DNA of 62,984 nucleotides, counting the filler. It is 4 parts of 4 records of this genome, joined end to end, with 100 filler letters (N's around TTAATTAATTAA, not from the genome) between each part and the next. Parts side by side here need not be neighbours in the genome. Positions count along the whole stretch, not along the records: positions 1 to 24,694 come from SRR20825006_1100; 3 more parts are not named here. The stretch is one strand, 5' to 3'. The notes below the pieces were generated by a model. That model was not told where the DNA came from, did no database searches, and saw only the letters and a list, made by a program, of their open reading frames with translations. A program made the position numbers and the translations under genes. Of the stretch, positions 1 through 9,592 are shown one piece after another. Position 1 is the stretch's first letter, and each line of letters begins with the position of its first letter.

Positions 1-9
1 CTTTGCCTT

Positions 10-44
10 TCGAAACTCGCTTCTCGCAACTCGAAACTCGGCTC
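10..44. repeat. Heptamer tandem array (TCGnnnC x5), single arm at contig edge
   Basis: TCGAAAC TCGCTTC TCGCAAC TCGAAAC TCGGCTC; same unit type as 9657-9684. Confidence 0.8.
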
Positions 45-46
45 TC

Positions 47-69
47 ATCGCCAGCAGGCTGTCTCCTAC
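47..69 (-). repeat. GTAG-family REP-like sequence
   Basis: Minus strand reads GTAGGAGACAGCCTGCTGGCGAT: GTAG tetranucleotide followed by a short imperfect palindrome, as in pseudomonad REPs. Confidence 0.65.
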
Positions 70-150
70 GGCAAGGTCAGAGCTGCCTTGCTACCGTCAT
101 GATGCGGAAGTCCCTACACTGGGCCGACCATTGATTGATCGGGGCCTTCC

Positions 151-1515
151 ATGACAGAACCCATGACGCCAGCGGCGCCTTCTCCACGCGCCTGGCCACT
201 GATTCCGCTGCTGTTCTTTCTGGTGGTGTTCCTGGGTAGCGGGCTGTACTACACGGCCGCCGGCACCGACTTCGCGTTCTACCAGATCAAGGCACCGGTG
301 GTGGCCATGGTGGCCATCGTGTTGTCCATGCTCATGGCCCGGCTGGCCGGGCAAAGGGTGAACACCAGCGTGGACCGGTTGCTGGCAGGCATAGGCCATC
401 CCAATCTGCTGCTTATGTGTCTGGTGTTTCTGCTTGCCGGTGCCTTTGCCAGCGTCAGTGACAGCATTGGCAGTGTGGAGGCCACCGTACAGCTGGGGCT
501 GACCATCATTCCAGCCGAGTGGGTGCTACCGGCCCTGTTTCTGATCTCTGCCTTTATCGCCACCGCCATGGGCACGTCCATGGGCACCATTGCGGCAACC
601 GCCCCGATTGCCGCTGGCTTCGCCGGGGCCACGGAACTGTCCGTTCCGCTGGCCCTGGGTGCAGTGGTGGGCGGTGCCATGTTTGGCGATAACCTGTCGA
701 TGATTTCCGATACCACCATTGCATCGACACGCAGCCAGGGTGTGTCGCTGAAAGACAAATTCCGCGTGAATATCTGGATTGCCGTGCCGGCGGCGGCGCT
801 GACCGTGTTGCTGTTAATCGTGTTGGGTGGGGGGGAACACCAGGTGAAAGCGGAGCCTTTCCGGTTTGCGCTGGTGGTGCCCTACCTGCTGGTGTTCGGG
901 CTGGCGCTCAGTGGCCTGAATGTGCTGGCGGTACTGATCGTGGGCATCGTCACGGCAGGCGTGACCGGCATGGTGATGATGCCGGACTACACACTCGCGA
1001 GCATGAACGGAGCCATCTACACGGGCTTCGAAGGTATGTTCGAGATCATGCTGCTGTCCATGTTGATTGGTGGCTTGTCCCAGCTGATGACTGATCAGGG
1101 CGGCACCCGCTGGGTGATTGAGCGCATCCACGGCCTGACTCGCTGGCTCAGATTGCCCCTGCAGCGGGCTGGTGAAGTGGGTATTGCGCTGCTGGTGGTG
1201 TTTGCCAATGTGTTCGTGGCCAACAACACCGTGGCCATCGTGCTCACCGGCGAGATGGCACGAGACATTGCCAATGATCACGGCGTGGATCTGCGTCGCT
1301 CGGCCAGTTTGCTGGATATCTTTTCCTGTGTGGTACAGGGACTGATTCCCTACGGCGCGCAGGTATTGCTGGCGTGCTCCATTGCCAAGCTGTCCCCTCT
1401 GGCGCTGATCGGGTCCATCCATTATTGCTGGGCATTGGCCATTGCCGGTATCGCGGCGATCGCCATTAACCGGCCTCGCTTGCCGCTGCCAAATAAAGAG
1501 AACGTCGAGGCGTGA
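151..1515 (+). CDS. NhaC-family transporter (putative methionine/amino-acid transporter type)
   Basis: Polytopic membrane protein with TAMGTSMGT and GAMFGDNLSMISDTTI motifs typical of this NhaC subgroup. Confidence 0.85.
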   Translation: MTEPMTPAAPSPRAWPLIPLLFFLVVFLGSGLYYTAAGTDFAFYQIKAPVVAMVAIVLSMLMARLAGQRVNTSVDRLLAGIGHPNLLLMCLVFLLAGAFASVSDSIGSVEATVQLGLTIIPAEWVLPALFLISAFIATAMGTSMGTIAATAPIAAGFAGATELSVPLALGAVVGGAMFGDNLSMISDTTIASTRSQGVSLKDKFRVNIWIAVPAAALTVLLLIVLGGGEHQVKAEPFRFALVVPYLLVFGLALSGLNVLAVLIVGIVTAGVTGMVMMPDYTLASMNGAIYTGFEGMFEIMLLSMLIGGLSQLMTDQGGTRWVIERIHGLTRWLRLPLQRAGEVGIALLVVFANVFVANNTVAIVLTGEMARDIANDHGVDLRRSASLLDIFSCVVQGLIPYGAQVLLACSIAKLSPLALIGSIHYCWALAIAGIAAIAINRPRLPLPNKENVEA

Positions 1516-1569
1516 TAGTCTTGGCGAGATAATTGTTGAGGCACAACTCCATTTACAAGGATAGATAAC

Positions 1570-2502
1570 GTGGCTGGAACCAGTTTATTAATGTTGCTCG
1601 ATGACATCGCAGCGGTGCTTGACGATGTATCGGTAATGACCAAGGTGGCGGCAAAAAAAACCGCCGGGGTATTGGGGGATGATCTGGCGTTGAATGCGGA
1701 GCAGACCTCCGGCGTTCGTGCGGAACGTGAGTTGCCGGTGGTCTGGGCGGTAGCCAAAGGCTCCATGCGCAACAAGTTTATCCTGGTACCTTCGGCGCTG
1801 TTGATCAGTGCTTTTTTACCCTGGTTGATTACGCCGCTGCTGATGCTCGGTGGGGCCTACCTGTGTTACGAAGGGGTAGAAAAACTGGCGCATACCTTTT
1901 TCCATGGCAAAGAGGATGCCCGCAAGCATGAGGAAAAGCTCAAGGCCATGGCAGATCCGAATGTGGATCTGGTTGCGTTTGAGAAGAACAAGATTAAAGG
2001 CGCAGTGCGCACGGATTTTATCCTTTCTGCAGAAATCATCGTGATCGCCCTGGGTACAGTGCAAGCTGCACCTTTCGTGCAGCAAGTGATGGTGGTCAGT
2101 ATTATTGCCATCGGCATGACGATTGGCGTGTACGGCCTGGTGGCCGGCATCGTGAAAATGGATGACGCGGGTTTGCACCTGATCGAAACGGCCAGGGAGA
2201 AAGGCGGAAAAGTTCGCGAAGCACTGGGAAAAATGCTGGTGGGCTTTTCGCCACGGCTAATGAAATTTCTTTCTATCGCCGGTACGGCGGCCATGTTCCT
2301 GGTAGGGGGCGGTATTTTGCTTCACGGCTTACCGGGTAGCCACGATGCCCTGCATCATCTGGACGACGCCATGGCGTTATTGCCGTTGTCAGGAATGCTC
2401 AGTGTTGTGGCGCCCATGCTGGCCAATCTGGTATTGGGTATTATTGCCGGAAGCGTCCTGTTGCTGCTGGTCACTGGGGCAGGGAAGTTGAGAAAAAAGT
2501 AA
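1570..2502 (+). CDS. yedI: DUF808 (YedI-like) inner membrane protein
   Basis: N-terminal LLDDIAAVLDDV..AAKKTAGVLGDDLA; RTDFILSAEI motif. Confidence 0.9.
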   Translation: MAGTSLLMLLDDIAAVLDDVSVMTKVAAKKTAGVLGDDLALNAEQTSGVRAERELPVVWAVAKGSMRNKFILVPSALLISAFLPWLITPLLMLGGAYLCYEGVEKLAHTFFHGKEDARKHEEKLKAMADPNVDLVAFEKNKIKGAVRTDFILSAEIIVIALGTVQAAPFVQQVMVVSIIAIGMTIGVYGLVAGIVKMDDAGLHLIETAREKGGKVREALGKMLVGFSPRLMKFLSIAGTAAMFLVGGGILLHGLPGSHDALHHLDDAMALLPLSGMLSVVAPMLANLVLGIIAGSVLLLLVTGAGKLRKK

Positions 2503-2527
2503 TAGGAAAAACGAAAAAATCTGGCAT

Positions 2528-2565
2528 AAAAAAGCGCGAACAAAAGGCTTGTTCGCGCTTTTTTT
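2528..2565. terminator. Bidirectional intrinsic terminator
   Basis: AAAAAAGCGCGAACAA-AAGGC-TTGTTCGCGCTTTTTTT between convergent genes. Confidence 0.9.
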
Positions 2566-2574
2566 ACGTTGCAT

Positions 2575-3636
2575 TTATTCAAATAAAGAGAGGTATTTCT
2601 CGTAACCCTGTTCCGCCATTTGATCGACGGGAACAAACCGCATTGCGGCGGAGTTCATGCACCAGCGCTTACCGGTGGGCGCAGGGCCGTCACCGAAAAC
2701 GTGGCCAAGGTGAGAGTCCGCATAGCGGCTGCGCACTTCCGTGCGGGTGGTGAACAGGCTGTTGTCCTCGTGCACGGTGATAAAGGATTTATCAATGGGC
2801 TGGGTAAAGCTGGGCCAGCCGGTGCCGGACTTGTATTTGTCCTTTGAGGAGAATAGCGGCTCGCCACTGATCACATCCACATAAATGCCTGCGGCCTTGT
2901 TGTCCCAGTAACGGTTCTGGAAGGCACGTTCGGTGGCGTCTTCGCGGGTGACCTTGTAGACCAGTTCCGGCAAGGATTTTTTCAGTTCGTCATCGCTGGG
3001 GCGTTCAAAATTATCCGGCCCTTGCCATGATTGGGTGACATTTTTTTCAAGCCAGGGTCGGTGGCTCGGATCATCCCAGTGTTTCTCCAGGAACTGGTCC
3101 CGGCCGGAGCGATAGCGGTAATACTTGTACTTGATGGAATGCGTTTTGTAGTAATCCTGATGGTAGTCTTCAGCCGGGTAGAAAGTGTCCAGCTTGGTGA
3201 CCTGGGTAACGATGGGTTTATCGAAACGGCCGCTTTTTTCCAGGGCGGTCCGTGACGCTTCGGCGATTTTTTTCTCGTCAGCGGTTTGGTAAAAAATTTC
3301 GCTACGGTACTGCGTGCCACGGTCCACAAATTGTCCGTTCGCATCGGTGGGATCAATGTGTTGCCATAACCAGGTCACCAGATTGGCATAGCTGACCACC
3401 TCGGGATCGTAGATCACCTTCACCGCCTCGGTGTGCCCGGTGCTGCCGGATGCCACCTGCTCATAGCTGGGGTTGGCCTCGTCACCGCCGGCATAGCCAC
3501 TAATGGCTTCGCTCACGCCGTCCAGCTGTTCAAAGTCGGACTCGGTGCACCAGAAGCAGCCACCGGCAAAATAGGCCTCGGCGGCCAGGGACGGTGCGCT
3601 GATAACCAGCAGTCCCATTAATGTAATAACTCGCAT
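2575..3636 (-). CDS. msrAB: Exported bifunctional peptide methionine sulfoxide reductase MsrA-MsrB
   Basis: Signal peptide (…SLA-AE); MsrA GGCFW and AEDYHQDYY; Msr[21 protein letters not shown]. Confidence 0.93.
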   Translation of the reverse strand: MRVITLMGLLVISAPSLAAEAYFAGGCFWCTESDFEQLDGVSEAISGYAGGDEANPSYEQVASGSTGHTEAVKVIYDPEVVSYANLVTWLWQHIDPTDANGQFVDRGTQYRSEIFYQTADEKKIAEASRTALEKSGRFDKPIVTQVTKLDTFYPAEDYHQDYYKTHSIKYKYYRYRSGRDQFLEKHWDDPSHRPWLEKNVTQSWQGPDNFERPSDDELKKSLPELVYKVTREDATERAFQNRYWDNKAAGIYVDVISGEPLFSSKDKYKSGTGWPSFTQPIDKSFITVHEDNSLFTTRTEVRSRYADSHLGHVFGDGPAPTGKRWCMNSAAMRFVPVDQMAEQGYEKYLSLFE

Positions 3637-3782
3637 AATTGCTTACCTCCTGCCTGTTGGATGCAGCCGGTCGCGATTTGTTGCAAACCGTTATGACTTA
3701 CAGAAGCGGTATGCGCAAGCGGACAGGACCCGCAGCCGGAATCTGTCATGGTCTCAGCCTGACATAGACTAAGGAGGATGCC

Positions 3783-4628
3783 GTGAAGAGCAGGCAAGGG
3801 CTGGCCATTATTGGCCTGTGGATGATTGCCGGGTGGTGCCTGGCACAGGGGCCGGCATTGCAGCTGGCGCAGACCTATGAGAAAGGAATGGCGTTGCAGG
3901 GGTACTGGGTCAGCGAAAAGCTGGACGGGGTGCGGGCCTACTGGAATGGGGAGCAGTTGATTAGCAAAGGGGGCCATGTGATTAATGCGCCGTCCTGGTT
4001 TGTGCGCGGCTACCCTGATACACCCATGGACGGAGAGCTGTGGATGGGGCATGGGCGTTTTGCGGAGGTGTCTGCTGCGGTACGCCGGTTGCAACCCGAT
4101 GCAAAGGAGTGGCGGCAGATTCGATACAAGGTGTTTGATCTGCCCGCCAGTGACGCGCCCTTCTCGCAGCGTATTCAACAAATGAAGGCGCTGGCGTCAG
4201 CCAGTAATGCCTATACGTTTTCCGTAATAGAGCAGCAGCCCGCGTCCAGTCACGCGGCACTGTTGCAGCGGCTGGACAAGGTCATGGCGGCGGGAGGTGA
4301 AGGGCTGATGCTGCATCACGGGGACAGCCTGTACCAGGCGGGGCGCAGTGATGCGATTCTGAAAGTGAAGACGTACCAGGATGCGGAAGCCGTGGTGGTT
4401 GGCCACACGGAAGGGAAAGGCAAGTACCGGGGCATGCTGGGGGCGTTGGTGGTGCAGGATGAAGCCGGGCGCCGTTTCAAACTGGGCTCCGGGTTCAGTG
4501 ACGCGCAACGGCAAAGACCGCCCCCGATCGGGGCGACAGTGACCTATAAATACTACGGGCTAACGGCTAACGAATTACCCCGCTTTGCCAGTTTTCTTCG
4601 GGTAAGACATGACGAACCGTTACGCTAA
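3783..4628 (+). CDS. Minimal ATP-dependent DNA ligase with signal peptide (LigE type)
   Basis: SEKLDG (motif I), DGELW, VFDLP, EGLM, LKVK, C-terminal OB fold (GSGFSD, PRFASFLRVR); hydrophobic N-terminus ending CLA. Confidence 0.92.
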   Translation: MKSRQGLAIIGLWMIAGWCLAQGPALQLAQTYEKGMALQGYWVSEKLDGVRAYWNGEQLISKGGHVINAPSWFVRGYPDTPMDGELWMGHGRFAEVSAAVRRLQPDAKEWRQIRYKVFDLPASDAPFSQRIQQMKALASASNAYTFSVIEQQPASSHAALLQRLDKVMAAGGEGLMLHHGDSLYQAGRSDAILKVKTYQDAEAVVVGHTEGKGKYRGMLGALVVQDEAGRRFKLGSGFSDAQRQRPPPIGATVTYKYYGLTANELPRFASFLRVRHDEPLR

Positions 4629-4697
4629 TGGCTTTTTCTTGTCCTGTTCAGGGCTTTACTGCAAGGTGTTCAACATCACGTTTGAATGGGACATGGC

Positions 4698-6107
4698 ATG
4701 CCAAGTACCACCCGAGCGCCGGCCCGGACAGGGCCTGAATCGTCACGCCTGTCGTTGGTTGCCGACAGCGATCAGGCGTTCACCCTGCGAGTCACCCTGG
4801 CGCGGCTGGCGAAGCGCTCGCTGGATGTGCAGTACTACATCTGGGATGACGACACCACCGGCAAGCTGCTGATCTATCGTTTGCTGGAGGCGGCGCGGCG
4901 GGGTGTGAAGGTGCGCATGTTGCTGGATCATGCCAACCAGTTGGGCCGGGATGTGAAGTGGGCGGCGCTGGATGCGCATCCCAATATTCAGGTGCGATTG
5001 TTCAATCCGTTCAAGGGACGCTATAAGCATTTTCTGCAATGGCTCTACCATGCGCCGCGCCTGAACCACCGCATGCACAACAAGGCTTGGATCATGGATG
5101 GGGAGCGGGCGCTGGTGGGCGGGCGAAATATTGCGGACCATTATTTTGGGGTGAATGCGTCCACCAATTTCCGTGACCTGGATCTGTATGCCCATGGCCC
5201 GATCGTGGCGGATACCCGTGCGGCGTTTGAGGCGTTCTGGCACAGCCCGCTGGCCGTGCCGATGAAAAGTTACCGGCGTCGCACCGAAGCCACCGCCGAA
5301 GGAGTCTGGCGGTGGCTGGCGCACTGGCGCAGGTCCCTGAAAGGCTATCCTTACTTGTTCCCCCAACACGAAAAATTTTTTACAGACTATCTGGAAAAGC
5401 AGGAACGCCAGTGTGTGCAGGCGCCAGCGGTGTTGTTGTTCGATAGCCCGGACAAGGCCAGCGGCGCCAGACAGACATTGATGGGGGATCAGCTGGCCAG
5501 CCTGCTGGGCCGGCAAGATCACCAGGAATTATTGATGGAAGCCAGCTACTTCATTCCGGGCAATGATTTTGTGGACGCGCTTGCCGGCTTCCGGCGGCGT
5601 GGCGGGCGTGCTGCCGTGCTGACCAATAGTCTGGCCACCAATGATGTGATTGCCGCCCACGGCGCCTATGCGCGCTATCGTTCCGGGTTGTTAGCGGCCG
5701 GAGTGGAGTTGCATGAATTACAGCCCAATGCCCGTGCGTTGCATCGGCAAGTGCGCCTGTTCAAAGGCCGCTCCCAGGCCAGTCTGCATACCAAGGCCAT
5801 GGTGCTGGATCGTCGCGAAGTGTTTGTCGGTTCGTTCAATATTGATCCACGCTCGGTGCATCTGAATACCGAGATGGGCTATTACGTCGCGTCGGAGGAG
5901 CTGGGGCAGCAGGTGGCCGCGTTTATTGAAGAAGGGCTGGCGCCGGAAAACAGTTTCCGGGTATCCCGTGAAGCGGGCCGGTTAACCTGGGCTGCGGACG
6001 GCAGCGATGGCACCCCGGAAGTGCTGCACCGGGAGCCGCGAGTCAGCATCGGCCGCTGGCTGGCTGCCTGGTTGCTGGCGCGCTTGCCGATTGAACGGTT
6101 TCTGTAG
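4698..6107 (+). CDS. Phospholipase D family protein (ClsC/YmdC-like)
   Basis: Two HKD motifs (HNKAWIMD, HTKAMVLD), LDVQYYIW, GSFNIDPRS; start at 4698 or 4686. Confidence 0.88.
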   Translation: MPSTTRAPARTGPESSRLSLVADSDQAFTLRVTLARLAKRSLDVQYYIWDDDTTGKLLIYRLLEAARRGVKVRMLLDHANQLGRDVKWAALDAHPNIQVRLFNPFKGRYKHFLQWLYHAPRLNHRMHNKAWIMDGERALVGGRNIADHYFGVNASTNFRDLDLYAHGPIVADTRAAFEAFWHSPLAVPMKSYRRRTEATAEGVWRWLAHWRRSLKGYPYLFPQHEKFFTDYLEKQERQCVQAPAVLLFDSPDKASGARQTLMGDQLASLLGRQDHQELLMEASYFIPGNDFVDALAGFRRRGGRAAVLTNSLATNDVIAAHGAYARYRSGLLAAGVELHELQPNARALHRQVRLFKGRSQASLHTKAMVLDRREVFVGSFNIDPRSVHLNTEMGYYVASEELGQQVAAFIEEGLAPENSFRVSREAGRLTWAADGSDGTPEVLHREPRVSIGRWLAAWLLARLPIERFL

Positions 6108-6146
6108 CGCGATCGTTGCCCCGGTGCGTGACCGGGGCGCTGATGG

Positions 6147-7757
6147 TTAACCGCGAGCTTGTTGCGGTTGTTCCTGCCAATAAGGATCGCGCAGTTCCCG
6201 TTTAAGAATCTTGCCGATGGTGCTGCGCGGCAGGTGGTCCCGTTGTTCCAGTGCGGACAGCCGCTGGGCTTTGCCCAGTTGCTGGTTGGCCCAGTCACAA
6301 AGGGTGGTCAGGTCGGTATTGCAACCCTCGCGCAACACCACCAGCCCCAGCGGGGTTTCGCCCCACTGGCGGCTGGGAATGGCGATCACTGCGGCATCGG
6401 TGATGTCGTCGTGGCTGAGCAGGGTTTTTTCCAGGTCTTCGGCGTAGATATTGAAGCCCCCGGAAATAATCATGTCCTTGCGGCGATCCAGCACTGACAG
6501 GAAGCCGTCACTGTCGAGCCGGCCCATGTCACCGGTGCGATAGAACACGGCACCGTCGGCACGGGTCCAGAGCAGCTCTTCGGTCTTGTCCTCGCGCTTG
6601 TAATAGCCGCGCATCATGGCACTGCTGCGGCCCACGATTTCGCCAATTTCTCCGGAAGGCAGTTCCTCCAGATCCTCGTTGATGATGTGCACTTCGCAGC
6701 CTTCGCCCGGTTGCCCCACGGTGGCCCATTTATCCGGATGCTCGGCACAGTTGAGGACCGTGGACAGACCCCCTTCGGTGAGTCCATAGAACTCGACCAG
6801 ATTACCCGGCCAGCGTGCCATGGCATCGGCAATCAACGGCGCGCGCAGGGGGGCACTGGTGGAGAATTTCACCTTGAAGCTGCTCAGGTCGAAGCGGTCA
6901 AACGCCGGGTCATCCAGCAGCCGTTGATATTGCACAGGCACTAACATGGTGTGGGTGACGCGGTGTTGCTCGGCCAGTTCCAGGTAACGCTGGCTGTGAA
7001 ATTTGGCCATGGTGATCAGGGTGCCGCCGGCGAATAGCGTCGGGAGAACGCACACTAGCGTGGTATTGGAATAGAGCGGTGTTGAGACCAGCGCGACGGC
7101 GTTCTGGTCGTACCCAAGTTCGGTGACCCGTTCCAGCTGACGGGCGCGCATGCGGTGGTCATGCAAAATGCCTTTGGGCACGCCGGTGGTGCCGGAACTG
7201 TAGATGATATTGAACGGGTCGTCCGGTTGCGGATGGTGGTCCGGTGCGGCGGTGCGGCTGCCAGCAACCCAGTTATCAAAGGCTCGCCATCCTGGTGCTT
7301 GAAAATCCAGGCTGAAGCGGTGCTCCTGGGGAATGCTGGCCAGCTCGCCCAGCAAGGGGTCAATCAGGGTACGATGCTTGTCGGAGACGAACAGGAAGCG
7401 GGCGTCGCAATCGTTGATCATCAGCGCCAGGGTGTCGCCGGCTGCCATGCCGGAGAGCGGCACCATGCAGCCGCCAGCGGTGAGGGTGCCCAGAAACAGG
7501 GTCAGGTAGCGGGCGCTGTTTTCGGACAGGCCGGTAACCGTGTCGCCCGGTTGCAGGCCTGCGTCGATCAACTGGTTGGCCACCTGGTTGACGTTGTTCA
7601 CCAGCTGCCGCCAGGTGAGCATGCCGCTTTCATCGTACAGTGCCGGTGTGTCGCCCTGGGTGTTCGCCCAGTGCTGCAGGCGTTGGGGAAGCGGGACGAA
7701 CCCCTCGTTGTCGATTTCCGGGGCGTAGCGGGGCATGGCGTCACTGGCGGTGGTCAT
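6147..7757 (-). CDS. Acyl-CoA synthetase (AMP-binding)
   Basis: YSSGTTGVPKG, YGLTE, TGD, RRKDMIISGG. Confidence 0.92.
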   Translation of the reverse strand: MTTASDAMPRYAPEIDNEGFVPLPQRLQHWANTQGDTPALYDESGMLTWRQLVNNVNQVANQLIDAGLQPGDTVTGLSENSARYLTLFLGTLTAGGCMVPLSGMAAGDTLALMINDCDARFLFVSDKHRTLIDPLLGELASIPQEHRFSLDFQAPGWRAFDNWVAGSRTAAPDHHPQPDDPFNIIYSSGTTGVPKGILHDHRMRARQLERVTELGYDQNAVALVSTPLYSNTTLVCVLPTLFAGGTLITMAKFHSQRYLELAEQHRVTHTMLVPVQYQRLLDDPAFDRFDLSSFKVKFSTSAPLRAPLIADAMARWPGNLVEFYGLTEGGLSTVLNCAEHPDKWATVGQPGEGCEVHIINEDLEELPSGEIGEIVGRSSAMMRGYYKREDKTEELLWTRADGAVFYRTGDMGRLDSDGFLSVLDRRKDMIISGGFNIYAEDLEKTLLSHDDITDAAVIAIPSRQWGETPLGLVVLREGCNTDLTTLCDWANQQLGKAQRLSALEQRDHLPRSTIGKILKRELRDPYWQEQPQQARG

Positions 7758-7796
7758 GGGCTCTCCTTTATGGAATAGAATTCCGAAAATAGATCG

Positions 7797-7816
7797 AGCA
7801 TACTCTTCGGTATGTT
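7797..7816. promoter_or_regulatory. Palindromic operator candidate in divergent promoter region
   Basis: AGCATAC-TCTTCG-GTATGTT (CATAC-N6-GTATG). Confidence 0.5.
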
Positions 7817-7856
7817 TGCTCGCAATACAGCGATTTCACAGAATCAGGTGTGATGT

Positions 7857-8297
7857 ATGGCCAATCCTTTTTGCTTTCGATTTCGGGTGCGCTACAACGA
7901 ATGCGATGCCCAGCACGTGGTGTTTAACGCCCGTTACGGGGATTACGTGGATATCGCCATGACCGAATTCATGCGTGCGCTGGGCCGTGATTACAGCCAG
8001 TTGCTGGCGGACGGTTTGGATAACCAGGTGGTGAAATTGACCACCCAATGGCAGTCGTCGGCACGCTTTGATGACGTGTTGGATGTCTTCGTGTCATTGA
8101 CCCATATGGGCAACACCTCGTTCTCGCTGCAGGCGGATATTCGTCACGCGGACGATGGCCGTGCCATTGCGCACTCAGAAGCGGTGTACGTGATGATGAC
8201 CACGGAGCCGTTCGAAAAGACCCCGGTGCCCGAGGATCTGCGCGAACTGCTACAGGCCGGTGCGCCGGGGGTGGTGATCGATCAGAGCGGCCGTTAA
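7857..8297 (+). CDS. Acyl-CoA thioesterase (4HBT/YbgC hotdog family)
   Basis: RVRYNECDAQHVVFNARY motif; 146 aa. Confidence 0.88.
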   Translation: MANPFCFRFRVRYNECDAQHVVFNARYGDYVDIAMTEFMRALGRDYSQLLADGLDNQVVKLTTQWQSSARFDDVLDVFVSLTHMGNTSFSLQADIRHADDGRAIAHSEAVYVMMTTEPFEKTPVPEDLRELLQAGAPGVVIDQSGR

Positions 8298-8302
8298 AAG
8301 CA

Positions 8303-8456
8303 GCCGCAAGCTTCAAGCTGCAAGCGCGGGACAGGGTTTTGGGTTTTAAACTTTTGTGCCCGCGACTAACCGTTAAGCGCGGGTACAACACCAGAAAATA
8401 ACACCCACATCCTTCACCACGTTGTGGTTTGAGGCTTGCAGCTTGAGATCTGAAAC
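8303..8456. repeat. Heptamer-armed inverted-repeat element (GCnnCAA / TTGnnGC)
   Basis: Left GCCGCAA GCTTCAA GCTGCAA; right TTGTGGT TTGAGGC TTGCAGC TTGAGAT; internal CGCGGG/CCCGCG hairpins. Confidence 0.75.
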
Positions 8457-9437
8457 TCAGTCGCGGGCTACGTCTAGCACGACTTTGCCTTTGGCTGTTC
8501 GCGAGGTGAGCGCCGCCAGTGCTTGTTCGTATTCTTCGAACTTGAACACCTGGCTGATGCGCGGTTTGAGCTTGCCCTGGCCGAACAGCTGGAACAGTTC
8601 CATGATGTTCTGCATGTTCACCTTCGGCTCTTGCTGAGTGAAGGCACCCCAGAATACCCCGACGATGGCGCAGCCTTTCAGCAGTGCCAGGTTGGCAGGA
8701 ATCTTGGGGATGTCGCCGGCGGCGAAACCGACCACCAGCAGGCGGCCGTTCCAGGCCATATTGCGCAGTGCCGCTTCGGTGAACTTGTCGCCCACGGGAT
8801 CGTAGATCACGTCCACGCCTTTGGGATACCGCTTCTTGAGCGCGTCCTTCAGGTCTTCGTCCGCGTAGTTGATCAGGTCATCGGCGCCGGCTTCCTTGGC
8901 CACTTCCAGTTTCTCATCGCTGCTGGCACAGGCGATCACCTTGGCGCCCATGGCCTTGCCAATTTCCACTGCAGCCAGGCCCACGCCGCCACTGGCGCCC
9001 AGCACCAGCAGGGTTTCTCCGGGCTGGATGTTGGCCCGTTGTTTCAGCGCGTGGTAGCTGGTGCCGTAGACCATGGAGAAGGCGGCGGCGGTATGGTCGT
9101 CCATGCCATCAGGTACAGGGATTAGCCGGTTTTCCGGTACCAGAATCTCTTCGGCAAAAGCACCGTATCCGGTGAGGCCCATGATCCGCTGACCCGGCTT
9201 GAAGTTTTTCACCCCTTCGCCTACTTCCAGCACTTCCCCGGCCATTTCGCCGCCGGGTGAAAATGGCAGTTCCGGTTTGATCTGGTACTTGCCTTCAATG
9301 ATCAGGGTGTCGGGGAAATTCAGGCCGGCGGCTTTTACCCGCACCTTCACTTCGCCCTTGTCCGGCGCAGGGGATGCGATGTCTTCAATGACCAGCGTGT
9401 TGGCTGGGCCCAGTTCCTTACAAAGAATGGCGCGCAT
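8457..9437 (-). CDS. NADPH:quinone oxidoreductase (MDR/zeta-crystallin family)
   Basis: GLNFPD, PFSPGGE, GASGGVG nucleotide-binding motif. Confidence 0.9.
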   Translation of the reverse strand: MRAILCKELGPANTLVIEDIASPAPDKGEVKVRVKAAGLNFPDTLIIEGKYQIKPELPFSPGGEMAGEVLEVGEGVKNFKPGQRIMGLTGYGAFAEEILVPENRLIPVPDGMDDHTAAAFSMVYGTSYHALKQRANIQPGETLLVLGASGGVGLAAVEIGKAMGAKVIACASSDEKLEVAKEAGADDLINYADEDLKDALKKRYPKGVDVIYDPVGDKFTEAALRNMAWNGRLLVVGFAAGDIPKIPANLALLKGCAIVGVFWGAFTQQEPKVNMQNIMELFQLFGQGKLKPRISQVFKFEEYEQALAALTSRTAKGKVVLDVARD

Positions 9438-9592
9438 GTGGTGCTCTCCCGGAAATCAGAATTTTTATGTGTAGCAGACGCTAACGCCGATGGGAGGATT
9501 AGACAAATGCATGGGGTGGATATGGATGTATGCGCAGAAGTAATGATGGAGGGTGGGGATCGCGTAGATGTTGTGCCACCCGGGGAGCTTAG

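Noticed and set aside
70-150. SAM or lysine riboswitch before the NhaC gene
   Set aside because: Region is short and no consensus motif was recognised.
4698-6107. PLD as a defence nuclease partnered with the ligase
   Set aside because: Double-HKD ClsC-type motifs indicate a lipid enzyme; no helicase or methylase nearby.
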